The position numbers and the translations under genes are program-made. Positions 1 through 12,959 of a DNA stretch of 64,000 bases are shown in pieces. The stretch lies in the NCBI RefSeq assembly GCF_963921235.1, contig NC_086097.1, positions 244,716,001-244,780,000 of the forward strand, given 5' to 3'. Positions within the stretch are counted from its first letter, which is position 1. Every line of letters starts with the position of its first letter. The notes beneath the pieces were generated by a model that was not told where the DNA came from, ran no database searches, and saw only the letters and a list, made by a program, of their open reading frames with translations. This DNA is from Mobula hypostoma (taxonomy: Eukaryota).

Positions 1-1325
1 AGTAACCATTCCTGTCCCTGAGTCATCCAAGTCTCTGTAATGGCCACCACATCATAGCTCAAAGTACTGATCCACGCTCTAAGCTCATCCGCTTTGTTCA
101 CAACACTCCTTACGTTAAAATAGATGCATCTCAACCCTTTGGTCTGAGCGCGTCCCTTCTCTATCACCTGCCTATCCTCCCTCTCGCACTGTCTACAAGC
201 TTTCTCTATTTGTGAGCCAACCTCCTCTTCCCCAGTCTCTTCAGTTCGGTTCCCACCCCCCAACAATTCTGGTTTAAACTCTCCCCAGTAGCCTTAGCAA
301 ACCTCCCTGCCAGGATATTGGTCCCCTGGGATTCAAGTGCAACCTGTCCTTTTTGTACAGGTCACACCTGCCCCAAAAGAGGTCCCAATGATCCAGAAAT
401 CTGAATCCCTGCCTCCTGTTCCGGTCCCTCAGCCACGCATTTATCCTCCACCTCATTCTATTCCTATTCTCACTGCCGCATGGCACAGATAGTAATCCCA
501 AGATTACTGCCTTTGCTGTCCTGCTTCTCAACTTCCTTCCTAACACCGTGTAGTCTTTTTTCAGGACCTCTTCCCTTTTCCTACCTATTTCATTGGTACC
601 AATATGTACCACGACCTCTGGCTGTTCTCCCTCCCACTGCAGAATATCTTGGACGCGATCTGAAACATCCTGGATACTGGCACCTGGGAGTCAAACTACT
701 ATCTGAGTTTCTTTCCTGTGTCCACAGAATCGCCTGTCTGACCCCCTAATTATAGAGTCCCCTATCACTGCTGCCATCCTCTCCCTTTCCCTACCCTGCT
801 GAGCCACAGGGCCAGACTCTGTGCCAGAGGCACAGCCACTGTAGGGGCCCCCCCAAAAGTACTCAAACAGGTGTACTTATTGTTAAGGGGTACAAGCACA
901 GGGGTACTGTCTTGTACCTGACTCTTTCCTCCTTCCCCCTCCTGACTGTGACTCACTTGTCTGTCTCCCGTGGCCCTGGTGTGACTTCATGCCTATAATT
1001 CCTCTCTATCACCTCCTGGCTCTCCCTGACTAGGCAAAAGTCTTTGAACTGCATCTGCAGTTCCTTAACTCAGTCCCTTAGGAACTGCAGCTGGACACAC
1101 CTGGTGCAGATATGGCTGTCCGGGAGGCTGGGAGACTCCAGGACCTCCCACATCTGACACCGAGCACAGAAAACTGGCCTCACACACATACTTCCTTCTT
1201 TCCATAAATAACACCGGTAAACCTACCTCGCCTCGACCCATTACCACCTAAGCCCGTTGAGCCAAAGCCTTATCACTCTGCTGCTTCTCACTCCACTGCC
1301 CGCTGGATATGGTGGTCTTTTTAAA
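1..1325 (-). mobile_element. CR1 LINE 5' portion: ORF1 (zinc finger + SGNH esterase) and start of ORF2 endonuclease, decayed; continues off the window
   Basis: ORF 274-612 has VHIGTNEIG...FLDHWDLFWGR...DRLHLN (CR1 ORF1 esterase). A Cys-rich segment lies near 1085-1180. Bases 1-125 on the minus strand read FNVRSVVNKADELRAWI...VAITETW (APE N-terminus). Confidence 0.88.
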
Positions 1326-1624
1326 CCTTTCAGGCAATGTATTCCAGGTACTCACCACTCTGGCTCAAAAAGATTCCTCTGAATTTTCTTCATCCTTGCA
1401 CTAAATTGATACCCTCTAATTTAATTGACCTCAGGTAAGTGGATAGATTTCTTGCTGTCTAGCTAATCAATGCCCCTTATAATTGTATGTACCCTAATTG
1501 TGCCCCCTCTGCTCCAGGGAGAGCAGACCCAGCTTCTCCTGTCTCCACATCACCGAACTGCTCCATCACAGGTAATATCCTGATGAACCTCTTCTGCACC
1601 CTCTGGAGCACTGTCAGATCCTTA

Positions 1625-2228
1625 TAAAAGCAAAAATGTAATGCTGAGTATTTATAAAGCGTTGGTCAGACCGTATTTGGAGTATTATGATCAGTTTTGG
1701 GTCCCTGTCATTGAGTAGAGTCCAGAGGAGGTTCTTGTGAATGACCCGGGAATAAAAGGGATGATGTATGAGGAGCATTTGATGACTCTGGGCCTGTACT
1801 CAGTGAAGTTTAGAGGAATTTGTTTGGTGTGGGGGTGCAATTCTCATTGAACCCCATCGAATATTGAAAGACCAAGATGGACTAAAAGTGCAGAGGATGT
1901 TTCCTATAGTGGGGAATCTAGGACCTGAGGACACAGCGTCAGAGTAGAAGCATGCCCCTTTAGAACTGAGAGGAGGCAAATTTCTTCAGTCAGACAGTGG
2001 AGAGTGTGTAGAATTCATTGCCACAAATGGGTGTGGAGGCCAAGTCATCAGGTATATTGAAAGCAGAGGCTGACAGGCTCTTGATTAGTAAGGGCATCAA
2101 AGGCTACAAGGAGAAAGCAGGAGAATGGGATTGAGAGGGATAATAATTTAGCCATGATGGAATAGTGGAGCAAACTTGATCGGCTGAGCTGCTTAATTCT
2201 GCTCCCATGTTGTATGGTTATGGTCTTA
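1625..2228 (+). mobile_element. CR1 LINE 3' fragment nested in an older minus-strand CR1 fragment
   Basis: Decayed LVRPYLEY...C-terminal ORF2 sequence followed by a typical CR1 3' UTR ending ...tatggttatggtct. Confidence 0.8.
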
Positions 2229-2586
2229 AGGTATTATCACAGGGTGACCAGAATTGCACATTGTACTACAGCTCCAGTTGAGGAGGTTTGTGTGGAGAGT
2301 GAAAATCCATCCATATTGTACGAATGAGTTCAAGGGTTAAATTTTTCAGAACTGTTGACATGATTTGAACTGATTATTGTAATTGGTGATTTTTTTTTAA
2401 GGTATTGGCTACTATAGTTAATATTGAGCACTGCAAACAAGGAAAGATCACATAGACGTGCAAATAGGAAATGAATTAGATATTGAGAAGTCAGGGAACC
2501 ACAATTCTGAAAATTGAATAAAGGACCCACTTAAACTTGAGAAATCATACGTTAAATGGGTTTGCAATGAAATCCCATGCATACTA

Positions 2587-3062
2587 TTCAGAATCAGAAT
2601 CAGAATCCTTTATTATCGCCAAGTATGTGGACACATACAGGGAACTTGATGCCGGTTTCCCTGAGCTCTCGCTGTACAAAATCAAAAAGCAAACAAAACA
2701 ATAGTGCAAATAATCGTGAACTATATACAATGAGGTATACCTGTGTATGTACAGATGGACTTGGTTTATAATAGACTAAAATTCAAGTGTTCGTAAGACT
2801 GATGGCATACGGAAAGAAACTGTTCTTGTACCTATTTGTCCTGGCATACAGTGATCTAAAGCGCCTACCAGAAGGAAGGAGTTGGAACAGGTGATGTCCA
2901 GGGTGTGATGGGTCTACAATGATGCTGCTTGCTCGCTTCCTGACTGTAGATGCATATAAGTCCTGGATCGAGGGCAGCTTCACACCAATAATCCTTTCCA
3001 CAGCCCTGACGGTTCTTTGGAGTCTATTCTGGCCTTGTTTGGTAGCTGATCCAAACCAGAAC
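2587..3062 (-). mobile_element. Rex1/Babar-clade LINE 3' end
   Basis: ORF 2783-3112 contains DPSHPGHHLFQLLPSGRRFRSL...RYKNSFFP. The tail is (CAGAAT)n with a poly(A) signal at about 2588-2614. Confidence 0.85.
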
Positions 3063-3282
3063 GTTTTGTGTTTCTGCAGTTTGATATGATGCAAGTGCTG
3101 TAAGGAAAACATTCGCTACATTCGAGTAGTGGGTACGGTTACTTAGTTATTACTCACAAATTACAAAACTGACATGGCTCATTTATTGCTGCACTGCAGC
3201 TGATTAGTTTGCTGTGTGAGAGTCTTCTATTAGACATTGAGAATTATTTTGTGATGCACATTAATGTGATTTAAATTTTCAG

Positions 3283-3353
3283 TTTACAGATACTGTTTGG
3301 AAAATTTGATGATGTACTAGAATCTGGAAACATGGTTTTGAGTTCTGGCCATG
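3283..3353 (+). CDS. clasp2: CLASP2 internal coding exon (end of TOG1 region, alpha isoform): LQILFGKFDDVLESGNMVLSSGH
   Basis: Acceptor ttttcAG at 3281-3282, donor ATG|GTAAGT at 3354. The 71-nt exon aligns to recalled CLASP2 LEMIFAKFDEVQSSGGMILSVCK (same 23-aa length). The final G plus AT of exon 59539 makes Asp. A second AG at 3288-3289 is an alternative acceptor. Confidence 0.9.
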
Positions 3354-4420
3354 GTAAGTTTCGACTAAATGCATGCATTAATTATTTTAAGGCTTCTGAG
3401 TGCAACACCAGCGTATCAATACCAATAAATTGAGTGTATTAGATAATTTCATTTCATCGAGCTTCATTTGTCAATATTTATTTACATTTGTTATTAGGTG
3501 ACCATTAAGAGCAAAGTGGTGGTTAGTTCATATAACAGTGTTCTGTGAACTTTGAACTATAAAATTAATTTACTTGATCCTTAGTTCCATTTAAATTCCT
3601 GCTACGTGTATTTTCAGAAAACTTCATGTACTAAATTAGTGGTCGCCAACCTTTTTAAGCCCAAGATCCCCTACCTCAGCCTTAGTGAAAGGCAAGATCT
3701 ACCCACTAAATCGTTTAGAGAAAAAACAACTCAGATTGTGCTTCCAACTTGAGGCCTTTTATTTAGGCTAATTGTATTTGAATTACATAAAATGCTTTTG
3801 CCGAACTTTCAAATTAATTCAACCAAGAAAACACTGTAACTGGCATATCAAACAGGCCATAGCTGTCTTTCTTTAAGAATATTACAATACTTCATATCTT
3901 TTGTAGTAACTTCTACTTTGAAAAAGGACCACTCGACAACTTCATGTCCAAAGGATCAACTTTATCTAGGACGGCAAAACCAATGCGGCGGAGGGGCTTA
4001 TACATGCGCAGAAAAGACCGGAAGTAAAACCCCACAACCCTGGAAACAACCTCTGTTTACAAACAGCTTTCCGTAGCGGGAATATTGCTATATTACCATT
4101 ATCCTAATTGGTATTAACTTATCTTTATAGTGTTCACATTACAACACTTCTCCCCCTTTAAATTCCAACATTTCCCCAAATGTAAAAGAATTGGGAAACA
4201 AAAAACAGTGGTTGTCAGTACCTCAAGTACCTCTGAAACTTATACTAGTGTCTCAGTAACAGTTTACCAATACAAAACGCCTGAAAAACGTGGCAGATTC
4301 AACATACAGTCTAACAAAGGAAACTGTCCATTCAAATATTCAGTCTGTCAGGAGGTTTGGGAGGGCGCTGTGCTGCAACAGATGAAAATTAAGAAATCAG
4401 TACAGGAGCTGTCTTACTGA

Positions 4421-4952
4421 TAGGGTTGCCAACTTTCTCACTCCCAAATCAGAGACAAAAGAAGCAGTCAAATACAGGACACTTGTGTTTACCCCAAGAA
4501 AGACTACCATGACCATGAAGCCCTGCTCGGGCACCTGTGTGCGCATGTGTGTACGTGCTGATTTTTTTCCTACAAATCGGTTTTGGCTTAATCTTCCCGA
4601 TTCTGTTAAGTGAAACTACACTGTACATACATTATTTCTACTTTATATAGGCTCTGTATTTATCATATCATTCCTGCTTTTACTATATGTTGGTGTTGTT
4701 TTAGGTTTTATGTGTGATTTGGTATGATTTGGTAGGTTATTTTTTGGGTCTGGGAACACTCAAAAAATTTTTCCCATATAAATTGATGGTAATTGCTTCT
4801 TTGCTTTATGCTATTTTGGCTTATGAACGGTTTCATAGGAATGCTCTACCTTAGTGGGGGAAATACAAGACAAGGGTGGTCGTGTATGGGACAAACCAAC
4901 TTAGCCCAATATACCAGATGTCCCGGCTAATACGGGACAGTTGGCAACCCTA
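4421..4952. mobile_element. hAT MITE (Blackjack/Tip100-like TIR) nested in the larger hAT element
   Basis: TIRs TAGGGTTGCCAACT / AGTTGGCAACCCTA. Perfect 8-bp TSD CTTACTGA at 4413-4420 and 4953-4960. Confidence 0.9.
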
Positions 4953-5131
4953 CTTACTGACAGACACCTCACAGACTGTCTCAAACTGGCTGTCTGCAGT
5001 TATGAGCCAAATTTCAGGGAACTAGCAGAAAGTATTCAGCCCCAGTCATCACACTGAGTGCAACTGTCAATTTTTATTCATTTATTTTTTGTGTTGAAAT
5101 AAAATTAAATAATGAAACATAGAATTAAAGG

Positions 5132-5393
5132 TGTTGTAATGTGAGCATTATAAAAATAAGTAATACTAATTGTGATAGTATTTCCGGGTTGCAGGGTTTT
5201 ACTTCCAGTCTTTTCTACCACGGTGCATGGCGGGGGAGCTACACACAGGCACACTGGGCAGAAAGAACGGAACTAAAACCCCGCAACCCGGAAACAATCT
5301 CTCTTTACAAACAGCTTTCAGCAGTGGAAGTATTGCTGTATTACCATTATCCTAATTAGTATTACTTATTTTTATAATGCTCACATTACAACA
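5132..5393. repeat. Fold-back (inverted) repeat with TGTTGTAATGTG...CACATTACAACA termini; right arm is also a direct repeat of about 3985-4146
   Basis: 5132-5170 is the reverse complement of about 5354-5393. TTTCCGGGTTGCAGGGTTTTA pairs with TAAAACCCCGCAACCCGGAAA. Confidence 0.85.
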
Positions 5394-5649
5394 GGACTTG
5401 TGTATTTATTTTTCATTTTTTTTGGGATCTACTGGGAAAGTCTCAAAGATGGACTGGTCGATCATGATTGACCGGTTGGCGACCAGTATACTAAATAGAA
5501 CATGTCCAAGTATATACTTAAATGGACTGTGTATTGATATTCCAATGGAACTTCATTATGCCTAAGTTTGTAACATTTTGTTGCACTTTAAGATTCAAGT
5601 GTAATAAACTTGTAGCAGCTACTTGCATTTCTGAGAGAGAAAAAAATAC

Positions 5650-6585
5650 GATGGATTCCAGTTACTTGGGCCATCAGTTATTCGCTTAGTTAGAGCAATT
5701 CTTAAAGAACAAAAATGAATTGAGAAAATAACCTCTTTATTTGGGATACCATGCTGCTTAATTGGGACATGAGACTGTTGCTGAACAGTTTCTAAATAGT
5801 GTCAGTTGCATGCTTGTGTGTGGCCATTGGACACTCTACCATACTTGGAGTGAACAGCTTTTAAATAGTGTCAGTTACATGTCTTTGTATTTAAAGATAG
5901 TTGGCCAGAACTAAGCAGGAAGACAATTCAGAACTGGTTTGTTCTCTGCGGTTTCAAGCACTCAGGCTTGGAAATGCGAGAAACGGACGGGAGTGAAAAT
6001 GAAACAATTTCACTACAGCAATTTAGGAACTACGAAGAATTTAAAGGTATTGACAATCATGTTGAATGCTACAATGAAAATGAAGATTTGGTGGATGTAA
6101 CAGTTTCTAACTGGCATCAGTCGTGTGCACTTGTGTGGTTGTTAGACATACTGTATTTACAGTGAACAATTTTTAAATAGTGTCTGTTGCATATGCTTGT
6201 ACTATGTTATTCATATGGGCTGGCCAATGCCAATTTAAAAAGCAGTGATTTTTGACATCATGCAGGAAGGCTATAAAGACAGCCCAATATCTGCACTGGG
6301 TATTGGTGTTGATCTGTTCATTTACAATCAAAAGATTACAGCAGCACACACCAGATTAATTCCTCCATCAATAACTATTAGGAACCAATGCATAGTTTTG
6401 TAATACTGCAGCAGTATTGGCAGTGTACCAATCTGTACTTTGTTTAAATACATAATTTGTTACTCAGTTAAACGGTAGTTTGTCTTTTTAAAACTATTTC
6501 CAGGAAACTTGAGCTAAATGGGGCAGCTGTTTAATTGTCAAAATGTACTTGTCCCAGTGTGTCCTGAATAGCCATAATTCATTCT
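5650..6585 (+). mobile_element. Decayed Tigger/pogo-like non-autonomous element
   Basis: Degenerate termini (gatggattccagttacttggg ... gtcctgaatagccataattcattctg), internal duplicated gtgtcagttgcatg blocks, and an acidic EEFKGIDNHVECY remnant resembling a Tigger transposase C-terminus. Confidence 0.5.
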
Positions 6586-6884
6586 GTTCTGTCTTGGTTA
6601 TAATCTGGGGCAGCTGGAGAGGTGGGAGAGGAGAGACAACAGAAATTACTTTCAGAGCAAGTATGATAAAGATGAGCAAAGAACAAGGACGACCTTAATA
6701 AGCTTGAAATTTCTGGTAAAGACAACTGAGCCACTAGATAGGAATGGCAGTGGACCCCAGGCCTTACAGTGACCACAGTTATGTCAATGCCCTGCATTAA
6801 CTCCCAACCTTTGTGCATTGACTGTCTGTGCAGAAGACTGGATTTATTATTAGTTTCATAATAGAGTCTAACAGCAAGCCAAAT

Positions 6885-7277
6885 TTGCGTGGATGGACAG
6901 GATCAGAAAAAGCTGCCGAAAGTTGCAAACTCGGGATATCTTCAAAGGTGATGCCTCAAAGTTGGCATCTATTATTAAGGGCCCCATCACCCAGGGCATG
7001 CATTCTTCTCACTGCTACTATCAAGGAGGTGGTATAGGAACCACTCAACATATTAGGAACAACTTCTTCCCCACTCTCATTAAATTTCTGAACGGACAAT
7101 GAACCAACCCAAACTACCTCGCTACTTTTATCTTTTTGCACGATTTATTTAATGTTTTATTTTAATAAATTAAATATATTTACTGTAATTTAGTTTTTAT
7201 AACAAATTGCAATACACTGCTGCTGCAAGACAACATATTTCACAACATATGGCAGTGATATTAAACCCAATTCTGAT
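6885..7277 (+). mobile_element. Rex1-clade LINE 3' fragment
   Basis: ASIIKGP...RNNFFPTLIKFLNG remnant followed by a 3' UTR ending gatattaaacccaattctgatt. Confidence 0.7.
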
Positions 7278-7369
7278 TTTCTAAAGTGGCGGTGGAGAAT
7301 GGCTTTTCCAGTCCTGTGCCAAATCAGGCCAGGCTCAGGTTCTCACTCCACTGATAGGGATTGTATGGG

Positions 7370-8012
7370 AAAGATTTAGGATTTAAGAGTACAAGCACAT
7401 GATTCCCTGGAAGGTAGTGCCACAGGTAGAGAGGGTGGTGAAGAAAGGTGTTTGCATACTGATCAGAGCATTGAATATGGAAGTTGGAATGTCATACTGC
7501 AGTTGTACAAGATGTTGATGAGGCTGCACTTGCAGTATTACCTTTAGTTTTAGCCACCCTGCTGTAAGAATGATGCCATTAATCCAAAAAGAGTGCAGTA
7601 AAGATTTATGAGGATGTTGCCAGGACTCGAGGGACTGGATTGTAGGGAGAGGTTGGGCAGGATTGGACTTCCTTCCTTGGAGTATAACAGACTGATGGGT
7701 ATTCTTGTAGAGGTGGTGAATCAAGAACTAGAGGGCATAGGTTTTAAGGTGAGAGTTGAAAAATTTCACCAGAATCTGGGTGCCAACCTTTTTCACCTGA
7801 AGGGCAGTCCGTAACTGGAAAGAATTGCTGGAGGAAGTGGCTGAGGCAGGTACAATAACAACACTTAAAAGATATTTGTACAGGTAATAGATAGGAAAGG
7901 TTGAGAGGAATATAGATCAAACATGGGTAACTAGGACTAGCTTAGAAAGGCTTCGTTGGTATGGACAGGTTGAGGTGATGGGCCTTTTTCCGTGCTGTAC
8001 GACTATGTGACT
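7370..8012 (+). mobile_element. CR1 LINE 3' fragment, decayed
   Basis: RMLPGLEGLDCRERLGRIGL (ORF 7608-7814) and a CR1 3' UTR. Confidence 0.75.
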
Positions 8013-8089
8013 CTTGACCCAGAATATTCTGTGCCTTTGTGATTCGAACGCTCATGTAGGCACTTCAGTGCCGTCACTAACCCCTCTTC

Positions 8090-10700
8090 AGCCACTCGAT
8101 CAGGTAATGCATTCCATGTGATTACCACCCCCTGAGTGAAGAAAATCCTTCTTGTATCTCCTCTGAATTTCTTCTCCCTTTCCCTCAGTTCTGTGCCCTC
8201 AAGTTTTATCTACGTCAGATATTGGGACAGGTTTTCTGCTGAGTCTGATGTGCCATTTCCCCATGGCTGATCCATTTCCCTCTCAACTCCATTTTCTTGC
8301 CTTCTTCCTGTGCCTTCCGTGCCCTGACCTACTAAGAACCTATTAAACTCTACATATACTCAGTGACCTGACCTCCATAGTCACATGTGGTAACTAATTC
8401 CACAAATTCACCACCCTCTGTCTAAAGAAATTCCATAAGATATAGGAACTAAAGTAGGCCATTCGGCCCATTGAGTCTGCTCCACCATTCACTCATGGGC
8501 TGATCCAATTCTTCCACCATCCCCACTACCCTGCTTTTACCCCATACCCTTTGATGCCCTGGCTAATCAAGAACCTATCTATCTCTGCCTTAAATGCACC
8601 CAATGACTTGGCCTCCACAGCTGCTCGTGGCAACAAACTCCACAAATTTACCACCCTCTGACTAAAGTAATTTCTTCACATCTCTTTTCTAAATGGAAGT
8701 CCTTCAATCCTGAAGTCGTGCCCCCTTGTCCTGGACTCCCCGACCATGGGGAAATAACTTTGCCATATCTAATCTGTTCAGGCCTTTTAACACTTGGAAT
8801 GTTTCAGTGAGTCCCCTCTCATTCTCCTGAACTCCAGAGAATACAGCTCAAGAGCTGACAGACGTTCCTCATACAGTAACCCTTTCATTCCTGGAATCAT
8901 TCTCGTGAATCTTCTCTGAACCCTGTCCAATGTCAATATATCCTTTCTAAAATAAGGAGCCCAAAACTGCACACAATACTCCAAGTGTGGTCTCATAAGT
9001 GCCTTATAGAGCCTCAACATCACATCCCGGCTCTTATATTCTATACCTCTAGAAATGAATGCCAACATTCCATTTCCCTTGCTCACCACTGACTCAACCT
9101 GGAGGTTAACATTTTGGGTATCCAGCACAAAGACTCCCAAGTCCCTTTGCATCTCTGCATTTTGAATTCTCTTCCCTATCTAAATAATAGTCTGCCCGTT
9201 ATTTCTTCCACCAAACTGCATGACCATACACTTCCCAACATTGTAGTTCATTTGCCACTTTGCCCATTCACCTAAACTACCTAAGTCTCTCCGCAGGCTC
9301 TCTGTTTCCTCAACACTACCCACTCCTCCACCTATCTTTGTATCATTGGAAAATTTAGCCACAAATCCACTCATCCCATAGCCCAAATCATTGACGTACA
9401 TCGTAGAAAGCAGCGGTCCCAACACCGACCCCTGTGGAACTCCACTGGTAACCGGCAGCCATCCAGAATAGGATCCCTTTATTCCCATTCTGTTTTCTGC
9501 TGATCAGCTAATGCTCCACCCATGCTACTCCCTCCTCTGTAATTCCATGGGCTCTTATCTTGCTAAGCAGCCTCATAAATGGCACCTTGTCAAAGGCCTT
9601 CTGAAAATCCAAGTACACCAGATCCACTGCATCTCCCTTGTCTACCCTACTTGTATTCCTCCTTATTTTTGTTCTAAATGGACATCCCTCTATTCTGACT
9701 CTGTGCTCTCTGGTCCTAGACTCATGCACTATAGGGAACATCCTCTCCACATCCACTGTATCAAGGCCTTTCAAAATTGATTAGGTTTAAATGAGATGGG
9801 TTTAAATTCCAGTGAGTAAAGCCCAGAGCCATCAATCGCTTCTCCTATGATTAGCATTTCATTCCCGGAATCATTCTCGCAAACCATCTCTGAACCCCCT
9901 CTAATGACAGCACATGGTTTCTTAAATAAGAGGCTCAAAGCTGCTCATAATACTCCAAGTGAGGCCTCGGCAATGCCTCATGAAGCCGCAGCACTGCATC
10001 TTTGCTTTTACATTCCAGTCCTCTCGAAATGAAGGCTAACATTGCATTTGCCTTCCTTACCTCCGACTCATACCGCAAATGACCCTTTAGGAAGTACTCC
10101 CAAGTCCCTTTTTTTGCCTCCCGTTTAGAGAATAGTCTATGCTTTTATTCCTTGAACAAAAATGCTTGACCATACACTTCCCGACCCTATATTCCATCTG
10201 CCATTTCTTTGCCCTTAATCTAAGTCCTTTTGTACCCTCGCAGAACTACCTGCTCCTCGTCTATCTTTGTATTGTTTGCAAACTTGGCTACAAAGCCATC
10301 AATTCCATCATCCAAATCAATGACATACAAGGTAAAAAGAAACTGTCCCAACACCACAATCTGCAGAACACCAGTAGTCACCGGCAGCCGTTGTTACCAC
10401 TCTTTGTCTCCTGCCAAACAGTCAGTGTTCTACTCCCTCACGTTGTGGGATGGAGGTAAGATTTAAATAAATGTAAATTTCCTTTCTTCTGCCTCCCCCT
10501 CTTAAAGAGTGGAGTGGTCTTTGCCATTTTCAAGTCTTCCAAATCCATTCCAGAATCTAGTGATTGTTGAAAGATCATTACTAATACCTCCACAATCTCT
10601 TCAGCCACCTCTTTCAGAACCCTGGGATGTACACCATCTGGTCCAGGTGATATATCTACTTTCAGACCTTTCAGTTTCCCAAGCAGCTCCTTAGTAATAG
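8090..10700 (-). mobile_element. Nested CR1 LINE fragments (younger copy about 8436-9655 inside an older copy)
   Basis: ORFs 8787-9152, 9180-9488 and 9508-9774 carry RPHLEYCVQFW, GVPQGSVLGP and YLDFQKAFDKVP. A second 3' tail (ccataagatatagg) sits at about 8434. Confidence 0.85.
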
Positions 10701-10872
10701 CAGCAGTTACTTCAGTTTATATATAATTCCAGCTGAGATCTGACCATTGCTTCTGTAAAATTGGAGCAAAACTTCTGTATTCCTGTATTTTGTTCCCTGA
10801 CTTGTTGACAGTTTTCCTATGCTGTTCTGCCACATTATTTGCTGTTTTGCTGCCTGTACAGATCTTTGGACT

Positions 10873-11575
10873 TGTCAGAATCAGCTGTATTTTCACTGAC
10901 ATCCGTCATGAAATTTGTTGTTTTGTGGCAGTAGTGCAATACATAAAGACGACTTCTAGATGCAATTGGAAATATATTAAAAAAGTGCAAAATAATGAGG
11001 TGATGTTCATTGATAGTTTGGAAATCTGATGGTCTTCAGGCTTCCGTACCACCACCTTGATGGTAGTAGCGAGAAGATGGCATTACCTGGATGGTGAAGG
11101 ATGCAGCAATCTTGAGTCACTGCCTTTTGAAGATATCCTCGATGGTAGGGAAGCTAGTGCCCATGATAGAGCTGGCTGTGTTTTCAACCCTCTGCAGCTT
11201 TTTCTGATTCTGTGCATTGGAGTCTCCGTACCAGGTGGTTGTGCAACTAGTCAGAATGCTCTCCATGGCACTGTACATCTGTAACATTCCAAATCTCACA
11301 CTGTTAGTGAAGTATAGTCATTCACATATGTACATCAGCATGTTAGGCCCGGGGTAGATCCTCTGAGACATTGATATCCAAGAACATGAAACTGCTCACT
11401 CTTTCCACTGCTGACCCCTTGATGAAGACTGATGTATGTTCCCTTAACTTCCCCCTTAAACCCGGGATTAATTCCTTGGTCTTACTGATATTGAGTGCAA
11501 GCTGATTATTGCTACACCATTCAACCAGTCTGTCTATCTCACTCCTTTACACCTCTTTGTCACCGTCTGAGATTG
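10873..11575 (-). mobile_element. Rex1-clade LINE fragment
   Basis: ESILTSCTTTWYG...KKLQRVENTASSIMG (ORF 11117-11299) with a tail near 10873-10945. Confidence 0.75.
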
Positions 11576-12959
11576 TCCTCCACCTCCTTCTGTTCCTCAG
11601 TACTCCCAAACACCCAACCATTCATGGTGTTATTAGAACTCCAAAAATCTGTTTCCTGATATTTGTCTGGAATGAACTCCATCTGTCATTTTTTTGGTCC
11701 ATTTAACCAACATATTGATATCTCTCTGCAGCCTAAGATTACCTTTCACACTGTCAACAACCCCACCTGTCTTTGTATCGTAGTTTGATTTCTTTGGCAT
11801 AAAGAATGCATCTACCACCTTGAATATATTTAATCACTTGGCATCTACTATCTTCTATGGTTGAGCATGTTGCAGGTTCAGCACAAAGGCCATCATGGTT
11901 CTGGACTCTCCAAATAATGGAAATCTCCTATGTACCTATCTGTATCAGTCCTTCAGAATGAACTGTTAGCCAATGTTGGAAGTCCGTCGATCAAATTGTT
12001 TATTGACTTGGCTGCGAAATTGGCTGAAAGGAAAGAGACAAATCAATAAGTAGCCTTAGTTACAAATTCACATTCTCATCATGTGCATCTGTGAAGAGGA
12101 AGGCTTATTTTCAGAAAATGTGTAGTAATAACCAATATTAAGAAAAATCAGTAAGACTGCTAACTACAGAGATATATCCTTCCTATTTGCCACAGGCATA
12201 GTTGTCTTCATGGTTCTCAACTAACACCTGTCAGTAACTAAAGAACTGCTCTCTGAATTGCATTGTGTATTCCTTCCATCAAGAGGACAATGGATGAGAT
12301 TTTCACAGCATGGGATAGCACTGATGATGTAGGACTAGTTGTCAAGCTTTGATAGTCTCCACTGGGTGTCTGTTTATCCTCTGGTATTAGCATATCTGAT
12401 TCAGACAAATTAGCCTGCGTGTTTTTCTCAGGCCTCCAATTTACCGTACTCTTATGATCTGGGGTGTGGAGTGTTAAGTCTGCTATGGCCTTCAACCTCA
12501 TTGTTTTCAGTGGCATGCTAGCTGCTTTCATTTCTTTTCCTGCACTGCCCCCCCCCCACCTCTGTGGTTCAAGCAGCCTTTCTATTTTAAAAAAAAGAGA
12601 AACACTTAATCAATCCTTAATATAAATTAGTTTGGTGAACTTTCAATGCAAATAGAAATAATTAGGCATTAACTGAGACATGACTATGTGTAGACATAGG
12701 GCAATTGAGGATTTTTGTGTCTTGGCCTGTTATTTTTTTCGTCAACATTCTGAATCTTCACTGTTTTGTTGAAGGGCTTAACATCAGATATTGGAACATC
12801 ATTTGCAGTCACTGTTCATGGGCAATTCATCTGTATGTATGCTGGCTAAACCTCTCCAAACCAATGAATACCTGAAAGAACTCCTGATTTCTCAATGTTC
12901 AGAGACCCTGATAGTCCAGCATCTTGAATGTGAGTCGAGAAGTTAGAACTTGAACTGTG

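Larger units (their letters stand above)
3637..5488. mobile_element. Non-autonomous hAT DNA transposon (Charlie-like TIR)
   Basis: TIRs TAGTGGTCGCCAACC / GGTTGGCGACCAGTA. Perfect 8-bp TSD TACTAAAT at 3629-3636 and 5489-5496. Confidence 0.9.
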
